Assembly: GCA_037138355.1 (NCBI GenBank) | Contig: JBAXIL010000013.1 | Span: forward strand, 1-39,476 | Length of the DNA stretch: 39,476 nt | DNA from: a bacterium | GTDB lineage: Bacteria > Oederibacteriota > PGYV01 > Palsa-1178 | Direction: 5' to 3' | Shown: positions 20,108 to 29,325 of the stretch, piece after piece | How the letters are laid out: each line of letters starts with the position of its first letter | How positions within the stretch are numbered: position 1 is the first letter of the stretch | Position numbers and translations under genes: made by a program | Notes under the pieces: generated by a model | Database searches by the model: none | What the model was told of the DNA's origin: nothing | What the model saw: only the letters and a program-made list of their open reading frames with translations

Positions 20108-20725
20108 ATGTTTGGAGAACTTTCATTCTGGCAAATGTTAATGAAGGGCGGATTAACCGTTGTTTTTTTACTTGGAGTATCGGTTCTTTCGTGGTGGATA
20201 ATTATTGATAGAGCTATTAGGTTTAAGAGTATACGCGTTAAAGCTTCGGAATTCATGACGAAAGTAAAAGGTTTGCTTGGTTCAAAAAATGATGAAGGAA
20301 TTATTGCGCTTTGTAAGGCAACACCTGGACCTGTGTCGGCGGTAGTGCTTGAAGGAATCAAAAATAAAAAGAAAGATAGAGATAAAATAGAAAGTATAAT
20401 GCAAAGAGCTATAAATACTGAAGCAGAAAAAATGCAGTCTATGCTTGGAATTCTCGGCACCATAGGCAATGTTACGCCTTTTGTTGGTTTGTTTGGAACA
20501 GTACTTGGTATTATAAAAGCTTTTCATGATTTATCGCTTTCTTCAGGTGGAGGGCCGTCAGTTGTGGCAAGTGGTATTGCAGAAGCTTTAGTTGCTACTG
20601 CTATGGGTATTTTTGTGGCGGTACCAGCAGTTATTTTCTACAATTATTTTGTAAGGCAGGTAGATTCGATAGAAAATGAAGCCATAACAGCAGGGTCTGA
20701 AATGCTGGATTTGTTGGAGGATTAA
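20108..20725 (+). CDS. exbB: MotA/TolQ/ExbB proton channel protein
   Basis: LGTIGNVTPFVGLFGTVLGII, GIAEALVATAMG, AVPAV. Confidence 0.92.
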   Translation: MFGELSFWQMLMKGGLTVVFLLGVSVLSWWIIIDRAIRFKSIRVKASEFMTKVKGLLGSKNDEGIIALCKATPGPVSAVVLEGIKNKKKDRDKIESIMQRAINTEAEKMQSMLGILGTIGNVTPFVGLFGTVLGIIKAFHDLSLSSGGGPSVVASGIAEALVATAMGIFVAVPAVIFYNYFVRQVDSIENEAITAGSEMLDLLED

Positions 20726-20729
20726 GCAC

Positions 20730-21164
20730 ATGCTTAAAAAGAGGGAAAGAGAAAAAATTATAGCAGAGATAAATATAACTCCTTTGACTGATGTTATGCT
20801 TGTTTTGCTCGTGATTTTTATGGTCACTACACCTTTTATTATACAGGGAAATATAAAAATAAATCTGCCTTCTGCAAAGGCACCATCGGATGAAATGCTG
20901 GAAGATAATATCGTTGCCGCGGTTTCACAGGACGGAAAAGTTTTTGTAAATGGTGTAGCAATGGCGGATGATGATATGCTTCTTAATGAATTAAGAAACC
21001 TTATGAAGAAATCTGGAAACAGAAGAGTAATAATAGAAGGCGATAAGAATTCCTTGCATGGAAATATAGTAAAAATAATGGGAATAGCGAAAGAAGCTGG
21101 AGCTGATAAGCTTGCCATATCTACAATCCCCGACACTGCGGGAGCCATTAAGGGACATAAATGA
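20730..21164 (+). CDS. exbD: ExbD/TolR biopolymer transport protein
   Basis: EINITPLTDVMLVLLVIFMVT, INLPSA. Confidence 0.93.
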   Translation: MLKKREREKIIAEINITPLTDVMLVLLVIFMVTTPFIIQGNIKINLPSAKAPSDEMLEDNIVAAVSQDGKVFVNGVAMADDDMLLNELRNLMKKSGNRRVIIEGDKNSLHGNIVKIMGIAKEAGADKLAISTIPDTAGAIKGHK

Positions 21165-21868
21165 GGTTTGATAAGACAGATTATTCTTCCTTAGTAGTAT
21201 CTGTAAGTATGCATATATTCATTCTTTTACTTTTATCATATTTCATAGTGCAAAAACAGGCTTTAAGAGTGGCATTAATTACTGATGTTACCTTAATTGA
21301 TGCAAAACAAAATACTGGACTCACTGGCGAAGAACAAAAAACAATGGGAACAGAAAAAAAACAAGATAAAATAGCAACTGTCATAAAGAAAAAAACAATG
21401 AAAAAAAATAATACGGCAGATGTAAAAAGCCTTTTACGAAAAATTGAAGAACAAAAAGCGAAATTGGATATGGGAATCAGTAGGGATAATTTAAGGCAAA
21501 ATACAGATGATACAGAACCGGCAAATAATTCATCGTCAGATGATGCTGGAACTGATTCCTCTAATGAAAAAGCATTGGCTGGAAGTGCTCCAGCAATAAC
21601 TGGGGACATAGCGGCTCGTAGATATAAGAAAGTGGATTGGCGTTTTCCAGAAAAGCTTCCGGAAGAGACAGAACTTATGATAGAGATAACAGTAATGCCA
21701 AGTGGTATTATAAAAAATGTAAAACTGGCAAGAACTTCTGGATATCCAGAACTTGACAGAGTAGCTTTTTCACAGGTAAGAAAAATGCAGTTTGATCCAT
21801 TACCAGCTGGTGCTAAGGAAGAGGAACAGCTTGGAGTACTGCTATTCAAATTTGGAGTGCAAAAATGA
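21161..21868 (+). CDS. tonB: TonB family energy transducer
   Basis: N-terminal TM with SxxxH (SVSMH); charged linker; C-terminal TSGYPELDRVA...QFDP domain. Confidence 0.82.
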   Translation: MRFDKTDYSSLVVSVSMHIFILLLLSYFIVQKQALRVALITDVTLIDAKQNTGLTGEEQKTMGTEKKQDKIATVIKKKTMKKNNTADVKSLLRKIEEQKAKLDMGISRDNLRQNTDDTEPANNSSSDDAGTDSSNEKALAGSAPAITGDIAARRYKKVDWRFPEKLPEETELMIEITVMPSGIIKNVKLARTSGYPELDRVAFSQVRKMQFDPLPAGAKEEEQLGVLLFKFGVQK

Positions 21869-22386
21869 AAAAAAAGAAAAAGACAGTAAATAAGGCAATA
21901 AATAAGAAAGTAAAAAAATCAAATAAGAAGAAGGCAAAAGTAGTTATTAAAAAAAAGCTTAAGACGGTAAAAAATAAAGCTAAGTTAGTAAAAAAAGTTA
22001 TTGCAAAAGTGAAAGCCATAGTTAAAAGTCAGGTAGTTCTGCCACAACAGGTAGATTGGATTGTAAGATGTTTATATGACAAAAAATCGCAAGATATAAA
22101 GCTTTTTGATGTATCTAAGACAGCTGGGCTCTGGGAGTATTATGTTTTATGTTCAGGTGCTTCTTCCGTACATGTCAGCGCACTTAGGGATAATCTTAAG
22201 AAAGAAATGGGTTTAAAAGGATTGCTAAAATCTTATGAAGACAGAGATCCAGAAAATAAATGGATAGTTGTAGATTTTGGAAATATTCTTGTTCATATTT
22301 TTGAGAAGGAAACCAGAGCGCTTTTTGAACTTGAAAAAACGCTTGGCGCGACTGAAGTATCTTTAAAAGGAATAATAAAAGGTTAA
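21865..22386 (+). CDS. rsfS: Ribosome silencing factor RsfS (Iojap) with Lys-rich N-terminal extension
   Basis: DKKSQDIKLFDV, WIVVDFGNILVHIF, RALFELEK; ATGA overlap with tonB. Confidence 0.85.
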   Translation: MKKKKKTVNKAINKKVKKSNKKKAKVVIKKKLKTVKNKAKLVKKVIAKVKAIVKSQVVLPQQVDWIVRCLYDKKSQDIKLFDVSKTAGLWEYYVLCSGASSVHVSALRDNLKKEMGLKGLLKSYEDRDPENKWIVVDFGNILVHIFEKETRALFELEKTLGATEVSLKGIIKG

Positions 22387-22392
22387 AGGAGT

Positions 22393-22644
22393 ATGAGCAT
22401 GAAAAAAATAATCCTCAACATGGAAATTGATATAATTACTGAGAAGGCTTTAAAAAAATTTTGCAAAGAGAATAAAATGTCGGTAGAAAAGTTTGTCGAA
22501 GAAGCTATCTTTGAAAAACTTGAAGCCGAAGAAATGCAGAAATATTCATTTTTAACTGAAGACACAGATGACTCTGCGGATACGGACATATTTGGAATAA
22601 CACCTTTTGATTCCGACAGGGATTCTAATAAGAAAAAGCACTAA
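22393..22644 (+). CDS. Small protein, possible ribbon-helix-helix/CopG-like
   Basis: AAGGAG RBS; beta-strand then LKKFCKENKMSVEKFVEEAIFEKL helix pair; acidic tail. Confidence 0.6.
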   Translation: MSMKKIILNMEIDIITEKALKKFCKENKMSVEKFVEEAIFEKLEAEEMQKYSFLTEDTDDSADTDIFGITPFDSDRDSNKKKH

Positions 22645-23271
22645 ATGAATATCTTTGAAAAATTAAGAAATTTTGACTCTACATATACGGAAATTATTGC
22701 AGGTGTTGATGAAGCAGGTCGCGGGCCTTGGGCTGGACCAGTGGTGGCTGCAGCTGTTATTCTGGACAAAAACAAGTTAGAAACTCTGCACGAAATAAAT
22801 GATTCTAAAAAAATTCCCGAAGCAAAAAGAGAAATGCTTTTTGATATTGTGCGGGAGGCCTGCATTGCCTATGCTATAGCAGAAATATCTCATACTGGAA
22901 TTGATAAGAGCGATATATTAAGCGCTACTATGCTTGCTATGGCAAATGCGGTCAAAGGCTTAAAGTCACAACCACAGCTAATATTAGTGGATGGTATTTC
23001 AAGGCCACCTATTGAAGACATAAAGATAGAAACAATAATAAGCGGTGATGCTAAATCCTTATCTATCGCGGCCGCATCTATACTGGCTAAGGTTCATAGG
23101 GATAGAGTAATGCGTAACTATGACCTTATGTACCCTGTATATGGCTTTGGCAAACATAAAGGCTATGGTACTGCAGTGCATATGAAGGCACTTGCTGAAT
23201 ATGGAGTTTGTCCTATTCATAGGTTGAGTTATAAGCCAGTGGCAGAAGCGGCAAAAAAATTCAAGAAATAA
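22645..23271 (+). CDS. rnhB: Ribonuclease HII
   Basis: GVDEAGRGPWAGPVV, DSKK, LVDG, GDAKSLSIAAASILAKV, HKGYGT. Confidence 0.97.
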   Translation: MNIFEKLRNFDSTYTEIIAGVDEAGRGPWAGPVVAAAVILDKNKLETLHEINDSKKIPEAKREMLFDIVREACIAYAIAEISHTGIDKSDILSATMLAMANAVKGLKSQPQLILVDGISRPPIEDIKIETIISGDAKSLSIAAASILAKVHRDRVMRNYDLMYPVYGFGKHKGYGTAVHMKALAEYGVCPIHRLSYKPVAEAAKKFKK

Positions 23272-23294
23272 AGTAAATATGTTGAGGTGCAGTT

Positions 23295-23678
23295 GTGAAG
23301 GGAAATTTTTCCAGCAAGAGAGATAAAGGCGACTTTTATGAAGATGCGGTTGTTTTACTTTTGAAAAAAAAAGGATATAAGCTTTTGGAAAGAAATTATT
23401 TTGCAAAGCTTGGGGAAGTGGATATAATTGCAGAAGATGTTAAAAAGCGTACTTTAATCTTTGTGGAAGTAAAATCAAAGGAAAAATCAGGTAAAGTTCA
23501 TCCGTTTGAAGCAGTTGATGTTAGAAAACAAAAAAAGATAATTTTAGCAGCCTCAGAGTATATGATGGCTCATAACATTACAGATTATTTTATAAGATTT
23601 GATGTGGCAGGAGTTATTCTGGATGGAAATAAAATTGAAAGTATTGAAGTTGTTGAGGATGCTTTTCAAGCAGGATAA
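23295..23678 (+). CDS. yraN: YraN/UPF0102 family protein
   Basis: LERNY, GEVDII, IFVEVK, RFDV; conserved position after rnhB. Confidence 0.9.
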   Translation: MKGNFSSKRDKGDFYEDAVVLLLKKKGYKLLERNYFAKLGEVDIIAEDVKKRTLIFVEVKSKEKSGKVHPFEAVDVRKQKKIILAASEYMMAHNITDYFIRFDVAGVILDGNKIESIEVVEDAFQAG

Positions 23679-23762
23679 TTTAAGATATAATAGAGATGTA
23701 AAATAACTATGATTCAGTTTGTGCCTTAAAAAAATGGGAAAACTTAATTTAGGAGCGTATCA

Positions 23763-24914
23763 GTGAAACCAATAGTAGTTATTAAAAAATGTAAGCAATA
23801 CGATTTAGCAGAGATAGTAAGTAATATAGAATCAGGGTTGGAAATGCTCGGAGGTCTTGATTCCTTTGTGAAGCCAAATGAAAAAGTGCTTCTCAAAGTC
23901 AATTGTCTTTTCCCAAGCGAACCGAAAAAAGCAGTTATCACACATCCAGTTTTTTTGCAGGCAGTAATTAGAATTTTAAAAAAGAAAACTTCAAATATTA
24001 TTATAGGTGATTCTCCAGGATTTGGAAACTTTGCAGCAAGTAATAAAACTGGTTATAAACAAGTGGCGGCTGAAGAAGGGGTAAAGCTTGTAGATTTTAT
24101 TGAAGACGGTGAAATACGAAATGAAAGCGGAATATCATATAAAAGTTTTAAGGTAAGCAATTATGTAAATATAGTTGATAAAGTGATTAATTTGCCAAAA
24201 TTAAAGACACACGGCTTAATGTATATGACTATGGCTGTAAAGAACATGTTAGGGACTGTGGCTGGCACGGGAAAACCGTCTTATCATATGCGTGCAGGTA
24301 GAGATAAATATCTTTTTGCCCAAATGTTAGTAGATTTATACATGGCTAACCCTCCGGTTTTAAACATATTAGATGGCATTATAGGCATGGAAGGCAATGG
24401 CCCTGGCGGCGGTGAACCTGTAAATACTGGAGTGATTGTAATGGGGACTGACGGTTTTGCGATTGACTATGTAGTTCCACAGATAGTGGGCTTGAATCCA
24501 AATAGGGTTTATACTAATATAGTTTATAAGAAAAATATTTTAAAGGGTGCAGAAATGGAAGTAGAAATAAAAGGCGAACAAATAGCGAATGTTTTATATA
24601 AAAATTTTAAACCAGTAGCAGATGCTCCTGAGTCAGATAAACAAATGAATAGGGGAATTGTATTTGGCTTTATTTTTAAAGTGATAAAAGATTTGATAAC
24701 TCCAAAACAAATATATATTAAGAAATTATGTACGGGTTGTCTTTCTTGCGTGAAGGCCTGTCCAGTGGACGCATTGATATATGACAAAAAACAAAAGAGA
24801 ATAATATGTGATTATGATAAATGTATTAGGTGTTTTATTTGTCAGGAAATTTGTCCTGATAAGGCAATTGTAATTAGGCAGCCATTTTTGGGAAAATTTT
24901 TACAGAAAAAATAA
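23763..24914 (+). CDS. DUF362 domain protein with C-terminal 2x[4Fe-4S] ferredoxin domain
   Basis: THP, INLPKLKTH, MAVKN, GMEGNGP; CxxCxxCxxxCP twice. Confidence 0.88.
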   Translation: MKPIVVIKKCKQYDLAEIVSNIESGLEMLGGLDSFVKPNEKVLLKVNCLFPSEPKKAVITHPVFLQAVIRILKKKTSNIIIGDSPGFGNFAASNKTGYKQVAAEEGVKLVDFIEDGEIRNESGISYKSFKVSNYVNIVDKVINLPKLKTHGLMYMTMAVKNMLGTVAGTGKPSYHMRAGRDKYLFAQMLVDLYMANPPVLNILDGIIGMEGNGPGGGEPVNTGVIVMGTDGFAIDYVVPQIVGLNPNRVYTNIVYKKNILKGAEMEVEIKGEQIANVLYKNFKPVADAPESDKQMNRGIVFGFIFKVIKDLITPKQIYIKKLCTGCLSCVKACPVDALIYDKKQKRIICDYDKCIRCFICQEICPDKAIVIRQPFLGKFLQKK

Positions 24915-24939
24915 ATATTAAAACGGAGGAAATTATTTT

Positions 24940-25890
24940 ATGAAACTAAGAAGAAGCATTGTTTTAGTAATTCTTATGATTTTCTCGGCAGGAATATTTG
25001 CTCAAACAGTACTTGAGGCAGTAGCAGAAACTGATAAGACAAAGGCAAATCTCGGAGATGTCATAAGATACACTCTAACTGTCAAAAGGCAAGGAGAGCT
25101 CTCCCAATCACCTGCGATAGCCCTGCCAGCCTTTGAGGGCTTCAGAGTGGGTGGTTCTTATACAAATAGCATGATTAACTACATAAATGGAGCGGCTTCT
25201 GCTACAAATCAACAGATAATAGACTTGATAGCGGTAAAAAGTGGCGAAAATATCATAGCTCCAGCGAAAATAAGGTTTATGAATTCAACTACAAAAAAGT
25301 TTGAGGATATAGAGACAAAGGCAATAACTATTGTAATTGGTCAGGGAAAGAGAAATCCGGCTGCAGCCGTAGTTATTCAAACTCCTGTTCCAACTGTCGC
25401 ACCTGTAGAGCCAGATATTCGGTCAATCAAGTATAGCTATCATTTTGATCTTTCGGAAATACTTCCTTATATATTGCTTCTTTTGGCATTACTCATTGCT
25501 GGATATTTTGTTTGGAAAAAATATTTTGCAAAAAAGGTTATAGAAAACGAGTCAATTCCAGTGGAAGATCACAGAAAAGTTGCTTTGCGTAATATCAAAA
25601 GGGCAAGGGAACTATTGAAAAATGCTGAGGCAAAAGCGTATTATTCAGAATTATATGAAATAATAAGAGATTTTTTAAGCAAACATTTCAATAACACTTT
25701 CAATGAACTTACGAGTCAGGAAATAATCAAGAAACTTGTGACTTTAAAAGTTCTGTCGGCAGATATAAAAAGTATACTTGCTTTTATGAAAGAAAGTGAC
25801 CTTGTGAAGTATGCGGATTATAAACCTACAAAAGAAGAAATAGAGGAAATAGAAGTACAGGCAGAAAATTTAGTAAATAAAATAGTGTGA
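24940..25890 (+). CDS. BatD-like exported protein with TM anchor and helical C-terminal domain
   Basis: Signal peptide; DKTKANLGD Ig-like start; TM; IRDFL...ELTSQE...SDLVKYA motif. Confidence 0.7.
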   Translation: MKLRRSIVLVILMIFSAGIFAQTVLEAVAETDKTKANLGDVIRYTLTVKRQGELSQSPAIALPAFEGFRVGGSYTNSMINYINGAASATNQQIIDLIAVKSGENIIAPAKIRFMNSTTKKFEDIETKAITIVIGQGKRNPAAAVVIQTPVPTVAPVEPDIRSIKYSYHFDLSEILPYILLLLALLIAGYFVWKKYFAKKVIENESIPVEDHRKVALRNIKRARELLKNAEAKAYYSELYEIIRDFLSKHFNNTFNELTSQEIIKKLVTLKVLSADIKSILAFMKESDLVKYADYKPTKEEIEEIEVQAENLVNKIV

Positions 25891-25901
25891 AGGAGATAAA
25901 A

Positions 25902-26282
25902 ATGGCAAAAGAAATTATTTTTACAAAGAATGCACCAGCGCCTCAAGGGGCTTATTCACAGGCAGTAAAAGCAAATGGATTTATTTATGTTTCAGGACAA
26001 ATACCTACTGATAATTTGACTGGGACAATTGTAACAGGCAATATAAATAAGGAAATAACAACGGTCATTGATAATATGGAAGCAGTATTAAAGGCAGCAG
26101 GAAGCGGCTTAGATAAAGTGGTTAGATTAGGCGTATTTCTGGTGAAAATTGAAGATATTAAGTATGTAAATGAAATACTGACACTTCGGTTTATTAATGG
26201 TTTGCCTGCAAGGACTACTATACAAGTATCGCGTCTTCCAAAAGATGTTAATGTAGAAATAGACGCTGTGGCAACTGAGTAA
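25902..26282 (+). CDS. ridA: RidA family enamine deaminase
   Basis: YSQAV, YVSGQIP, PARTTIQV, LPKDVNVEID; AGGAG RBS before ATG 25902. Confidence 0.9.
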   Translation: MAKEIIFTKNAPAPQGAYSQAVKANGFIYVSGQIPTDNLTGTIVTGNINKEITTVIDNMEAVLKAAGSGLDKVVRLGVFLVKIEDIKYVNEILTLRFINGLPARTTIQVSRLPKDVNVEIDAVATE

Positions 26283-26316
26283 AAGTAGATTAGATATATT
26301 TTTAGAATTGAAAGGA

Positions 26317-27258
26317 TTAGTTTAGTTTTATTCCTATAAGGTCCTTGTGCCCATTGGCGAACTCATGACCATTCATTTTCTTTCCTGATTCGGGTTGTAC
26401 CTGTTTTGCTATTATACATGAATCACTTGTCTTAATCATGAATCCTACACCTTTGACAATTCCAATAATAGTGCCAGGAATAGCGCTCTCATATTCCGTT
26501 GGGCACTGGTAGGCAGATGCGGATAATAGTTTTAGCAACTTACCTTTGAAAACACAATAAGCACATGGCCATGGTACAAGCCCACGAATTTTATTAACTA
26601 TGGTTTGGGAAGGTAAATTGAAATTAATTTTTCCTTCATCTTTTTTTAGTGTTTTAACTATTGTTACCATTGTTTCATTTTGTTTTGTTCTTTGTATTTT
26701 TCCAGCAGCTATCATATCAATAACTTTGACTACACTGTCTCCTGATAATTTTGAAAGTTTTGTGTAAAGGGTAGAGGCATCATCTGAATCTTCTATGTTC
26801 AACTTCTCTACATTTATTATGTCTCCAGCATCAAGCTTTTTCTCTATAAATTGATAAGTTACACCTGTTTCTTTATCTCCGTTAATAATTGCCCAATTGA
26901 TAGGCGAGGCTCCACGATATTTTGGTAGTAAAGAGGCATGTATATTCACACTTGTAAAATGTGGGTGATATATGATTTCGTCAGGAAGTATTTGGCCAAA
27001 CGCCACTATTATATTTATATCAGGTTTTAGTTGTTGATATAGTGAAATAAAAACAGGGTCGGTACATTTTTCCGGTTGCAATATTTGAAGACCAGCTTTA
27101 AGAGCAGTGTTTTTTACTGGGGTGGATTCCGTGTGCAAGTTCCTGCCTTTAGGTCTATCAGGTTGTGAAACTACAAGAATTACCTCGTGAGAAGATTTGA
27201 GTAGTGCTTCTAATACAGGTACGGCAAAATCTGGTGTGCCAAAAAATGCTATTTTCAT
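26317..27258 (-). CDS. fmt: Methionyl-tRNA formyltransferase
   Basis: FFGTPDFA, SQPDRP, NIHASLLPKYRGASPI, LDAGD. Confidence 0.97.
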   Translation of the reverse strand: MKIAFFGTPDFAVPVLEALLKSSHEVILVVSQPDRPKGRNLHTESTPVKNTALKAGLQILQPEKCTDPVFISLYQQLKPDINIIVAFGQILPDEIIYHPHFTSVNIHASLLPKYRGASPINWAIINGDKETGVTYQFIEKKLDAGDIINVEKLNIEDSDDASTLYTKLSKLSGDSVVKVIDMIAAGKIQRTKQNETMVTIVKTLKKDEGKINFNLPSQTIVNKIRGLVPWPCAYCVFKGKLLKLLSASAYQCPTEYESAIPGTIIGIVKGVGFMIKTSDSCIIAKQVQPESGKKMNGHEFANGHKDLIGIKLN

Positions 27259-27773
27259 TTTGACACTTTTTTCTGTAATTTTTTTAATTCTTTAAGCTCT
27301 TTCGCATGAAGCATTTTTCTTATAGAGGTCATACGGTCAATGAAGATAATTCCGTTTAAGTGGTCGATTTCGTGCTGTAGAACTATGGCAAGAAGTCCTG
27401 AGGCTTCAATAATAAGTTCATTCCCATCTGAGTCCTGTGCTTTTATTTTAACTATTGCTGGTCTTGATATTTTATCGTTTATTCCAGGGAAGCTTAAGCA
27501 GCCCTCTTCGAACTCTACTTTTTCTTTAGAATGCTGTATTACTTGCGGATTGGCAAGTGCGTATAATATGGTCTGTTCTTCTGTACTTGCATCAAGGACA
27601 AGCATACTTTTGGATATGCCTATCTGATTGGCAGCTAAGCCTAAACCATTAAAAGCATACATTGTCTCAAGCATGTCCGAAAAGGTCTGTTTGAGTTCAT
27701 TGTCAAACTTGGTTACTGCCTCTGTTTTCTTTTTAAGTATGGGGTCGCCATATTTGCGTATAGTATGTATCAT
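27255..27773 (-). CDS. def: Peptide deformylase
   Basis: GLGLAANQ, EGCLS, QHEIDHLNG. Confidence 0.97.
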   Translation of the reverse strand: MIHTIRKYGDPILKKKTEAVTKFDNELKQTFSDMLETMYAFNGLGLAANQIGISKSMLVLDASTEEQTILYALANPQVIQHSKEKVEFEEGCLSFPGINDKISRPAIVKIKAQDSDGNELIIEASGLLAIVLQHEIDHLNGIIFIDRMTSIRKMLHAKELKELKKLQKKVSK

Positions 27774-27821
27774 ATATAAATTATATATAATAGAAGGATA
27801 TTTTTCAACCCATTAATGTAC

Positions 27822-27850
27822 TTGACAACATATACAAATATGTGTATATA
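27822..27850 (+). promoter_or_regulatory. Promoter with palindromic operator upstream of arsR
   Basis: TTGACA 27822-27827; near-perfect palindrome ATATACAAATATGTGTATAT (27830-27849) covering spacer and -10. Confidence 0.6.
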
Positions 27851-27914
27851 TGTATATATGGCTTTTTTAAAACATAGCAAGGGTATGGTTTGTATATGAA
27901 ATATGGAGGTTTAA

Positions 27915-28232
27915 ATGAAAACAAATGTATTGCAAGCAGAGTTTTTTAGAGCTTTATCAAGTCCGGTTAGAATCAAGATATTGAACGCATTAAAGGATAA
28001 TAATAGCTGTGTGTGTGATTTGACGAAATTAATTAATGAAACGCAACCGCAGGTGTCCAGGCATTTGACAGCTCTTAAAGAAGCAGGATTGTTATATTCG
28101 GAAAAGAACGGAAAAAGAACTTGCTATAGGCTGAAAAACAAAGATGTGTTTAAGCTTATGGATATTTCAATAAATCTAATCAGAGATAAGAATGAAAAGA
28201 TTCTTAATGCTCTGGGAAAAGGCGATGAATAA
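27915..28232 (+). CDS. ArsR/SmtB family transcriptional regulator
   Basis: FRALSSPVRIKIL, CVCDL, QPQVSRHL. Confidence 0.92.
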   Translation: MKTNVLQAEFFRALSSPVRIKILNALKDNNSCVCDLTKLINETQPQVSRHLTALKEAGLLYSEKNGKRTCYRLKNKDVFKLMDISINLIRDKNEKILNALGKGDE

Positions 28233-29304
28233 AATGGAAAAATTGATTGATGCGAAGACAGAAGAACATTTAAAAGCAAAGTTTGCTGCAGAGCTAAAAA
28301 TGCCGGTTGATATAAAAGTATTCTCTACGGAAAGCATTATGAACCCTGAAAAACCAGAAACTGCTGAGATAAATAAATTTGCCAAACAGTTGGCAGACGA
28401 GCTTCATGCTTTGGACCCAAGAATACTCGTGGGGCATTTTGATATGAAAGCACAAACGGCTGTAGATATGAAGCTAACTACAAGTCCGTCAATTCTTATT
28501 GGTTATGATGAAGGTTATAAAATTATTTATAATGGAGCACCACTTGGACAAGAGGCCTCTGGTTTTATAGATACTATATGTATGGTCTCAAGTGGAAAAT
28601 CAGGGTTGAGTGCTGATTCAGTTGCTTTGTTGGCAAAAGTGGAAAAGCCAGTGCTCTTACAGGTTTTTGTGACTCCTACTTGTCCATATTGCACTAAATC
28701 AGTTGTCCTTGCTAATCAAATAGCAATGGAATCCAAAGGTTTAATTACTGCGGAATGTGTAGAATCTATGGAAAATCAGGAACTGGCAAAACAATATAAT
28801 GTTTCATCTGTACCGCAACAGGTAATTAATTCTGATTTAAAATCAGTAACAATTGGGGCGCAACAGGAAAAAGCGTTTGTCTTGCAGGCATTACAGTATG
28901 GCGCTCCTGAAAAGTATGCTCAGATAGTAAAAACTGAAGAAGAACTTAAAAGAACGAGGGAATTACTTGTAGATAAACCTACTGGACCTATATATTTGTC
29001 AGATAATAACTTTGAAGCTGCTTTAAAAAAATATGAAAACTTGATAGTAGATTTTTGGGCAGAGTGGTGTATGCCGTGTAAAATGTTGGCACCAGCTTTA
29101 GAACAGCTGGCAATAGAAAATACTGGAAAAATAGTAGTAGGCAAAATAAATGTAGATGAGAATCAGAAGACGGCAGGAGCCTATGGTATAATGTCAATAC
29201 CTGCACTTCATTATTTTAAAAATGGTGTCAAAGCAGGCGAAACAGTGGGAGTAGAGCCAAAAGATAAGTTGCAAGAAGCTGCAAAGAATTTTTTTAAATT
29301 ATAA
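28225..29304 (+). CDS. Protein-disulfide oxidoreductase (PDO/AhpF-NTD-like) fused to thioredoxin
   Basis: FVTPTCPYC and VSSVP in the PDO half; DFWAEWCMPC and IMSIP in the C-terminal Trx; start uncertain (28225 or 28234). Confidence 0.85.
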   Translation: MNKMEKLIDAKTEEHLKAKFAAELKMPVDIKVFSTESIMNPEKPETAEINKFAKQLADELHALDPRILVGHFDMKAQTAVDMKLTTSPSILIGYDEGYKIIYNGAPLGQEASGFIDTICMVSSGKSGLSADSVALLAKVEKPVLLQVFVTPTCPYCTKSVVLANQIAMESKGLITAECVESMENQELAKQYNVSSVPQQVINSDLKSVTIGAQQEKAFVLQALQYGAPEKYAQIVKTEEELKRTRELLVDKPTGPIYLSDNNFEAALKKYENLIVDFWAEWCMPCKMLAPALEQLAIENTGKIVVGKINVDENQKTAGAYGIMSIPALHYFKNGVKAGETVGVEPKDKLQEAAKNFFKL

Positions 29305-29325
29305 TTAAATAATAAGGAGAAAGAC

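Noticed and set aside
20092..21849. Minus-strand ORFs of 125, 186 and 222 aa and other short antisense ORFs in the track
   Set aside because: They overlap well-supported genes on the opposite strand and lack recognisable motifs
20108..21868. Annotation as tolQRA of a Tol-Pal system
   Set aside because: No tolB or pal nearby; the energy transducer is short with a TonB-like C-terminus and follows a barrel gene. ExbB/ExbD versus TolQ/TolR cannot be fully resolved from motifs alone
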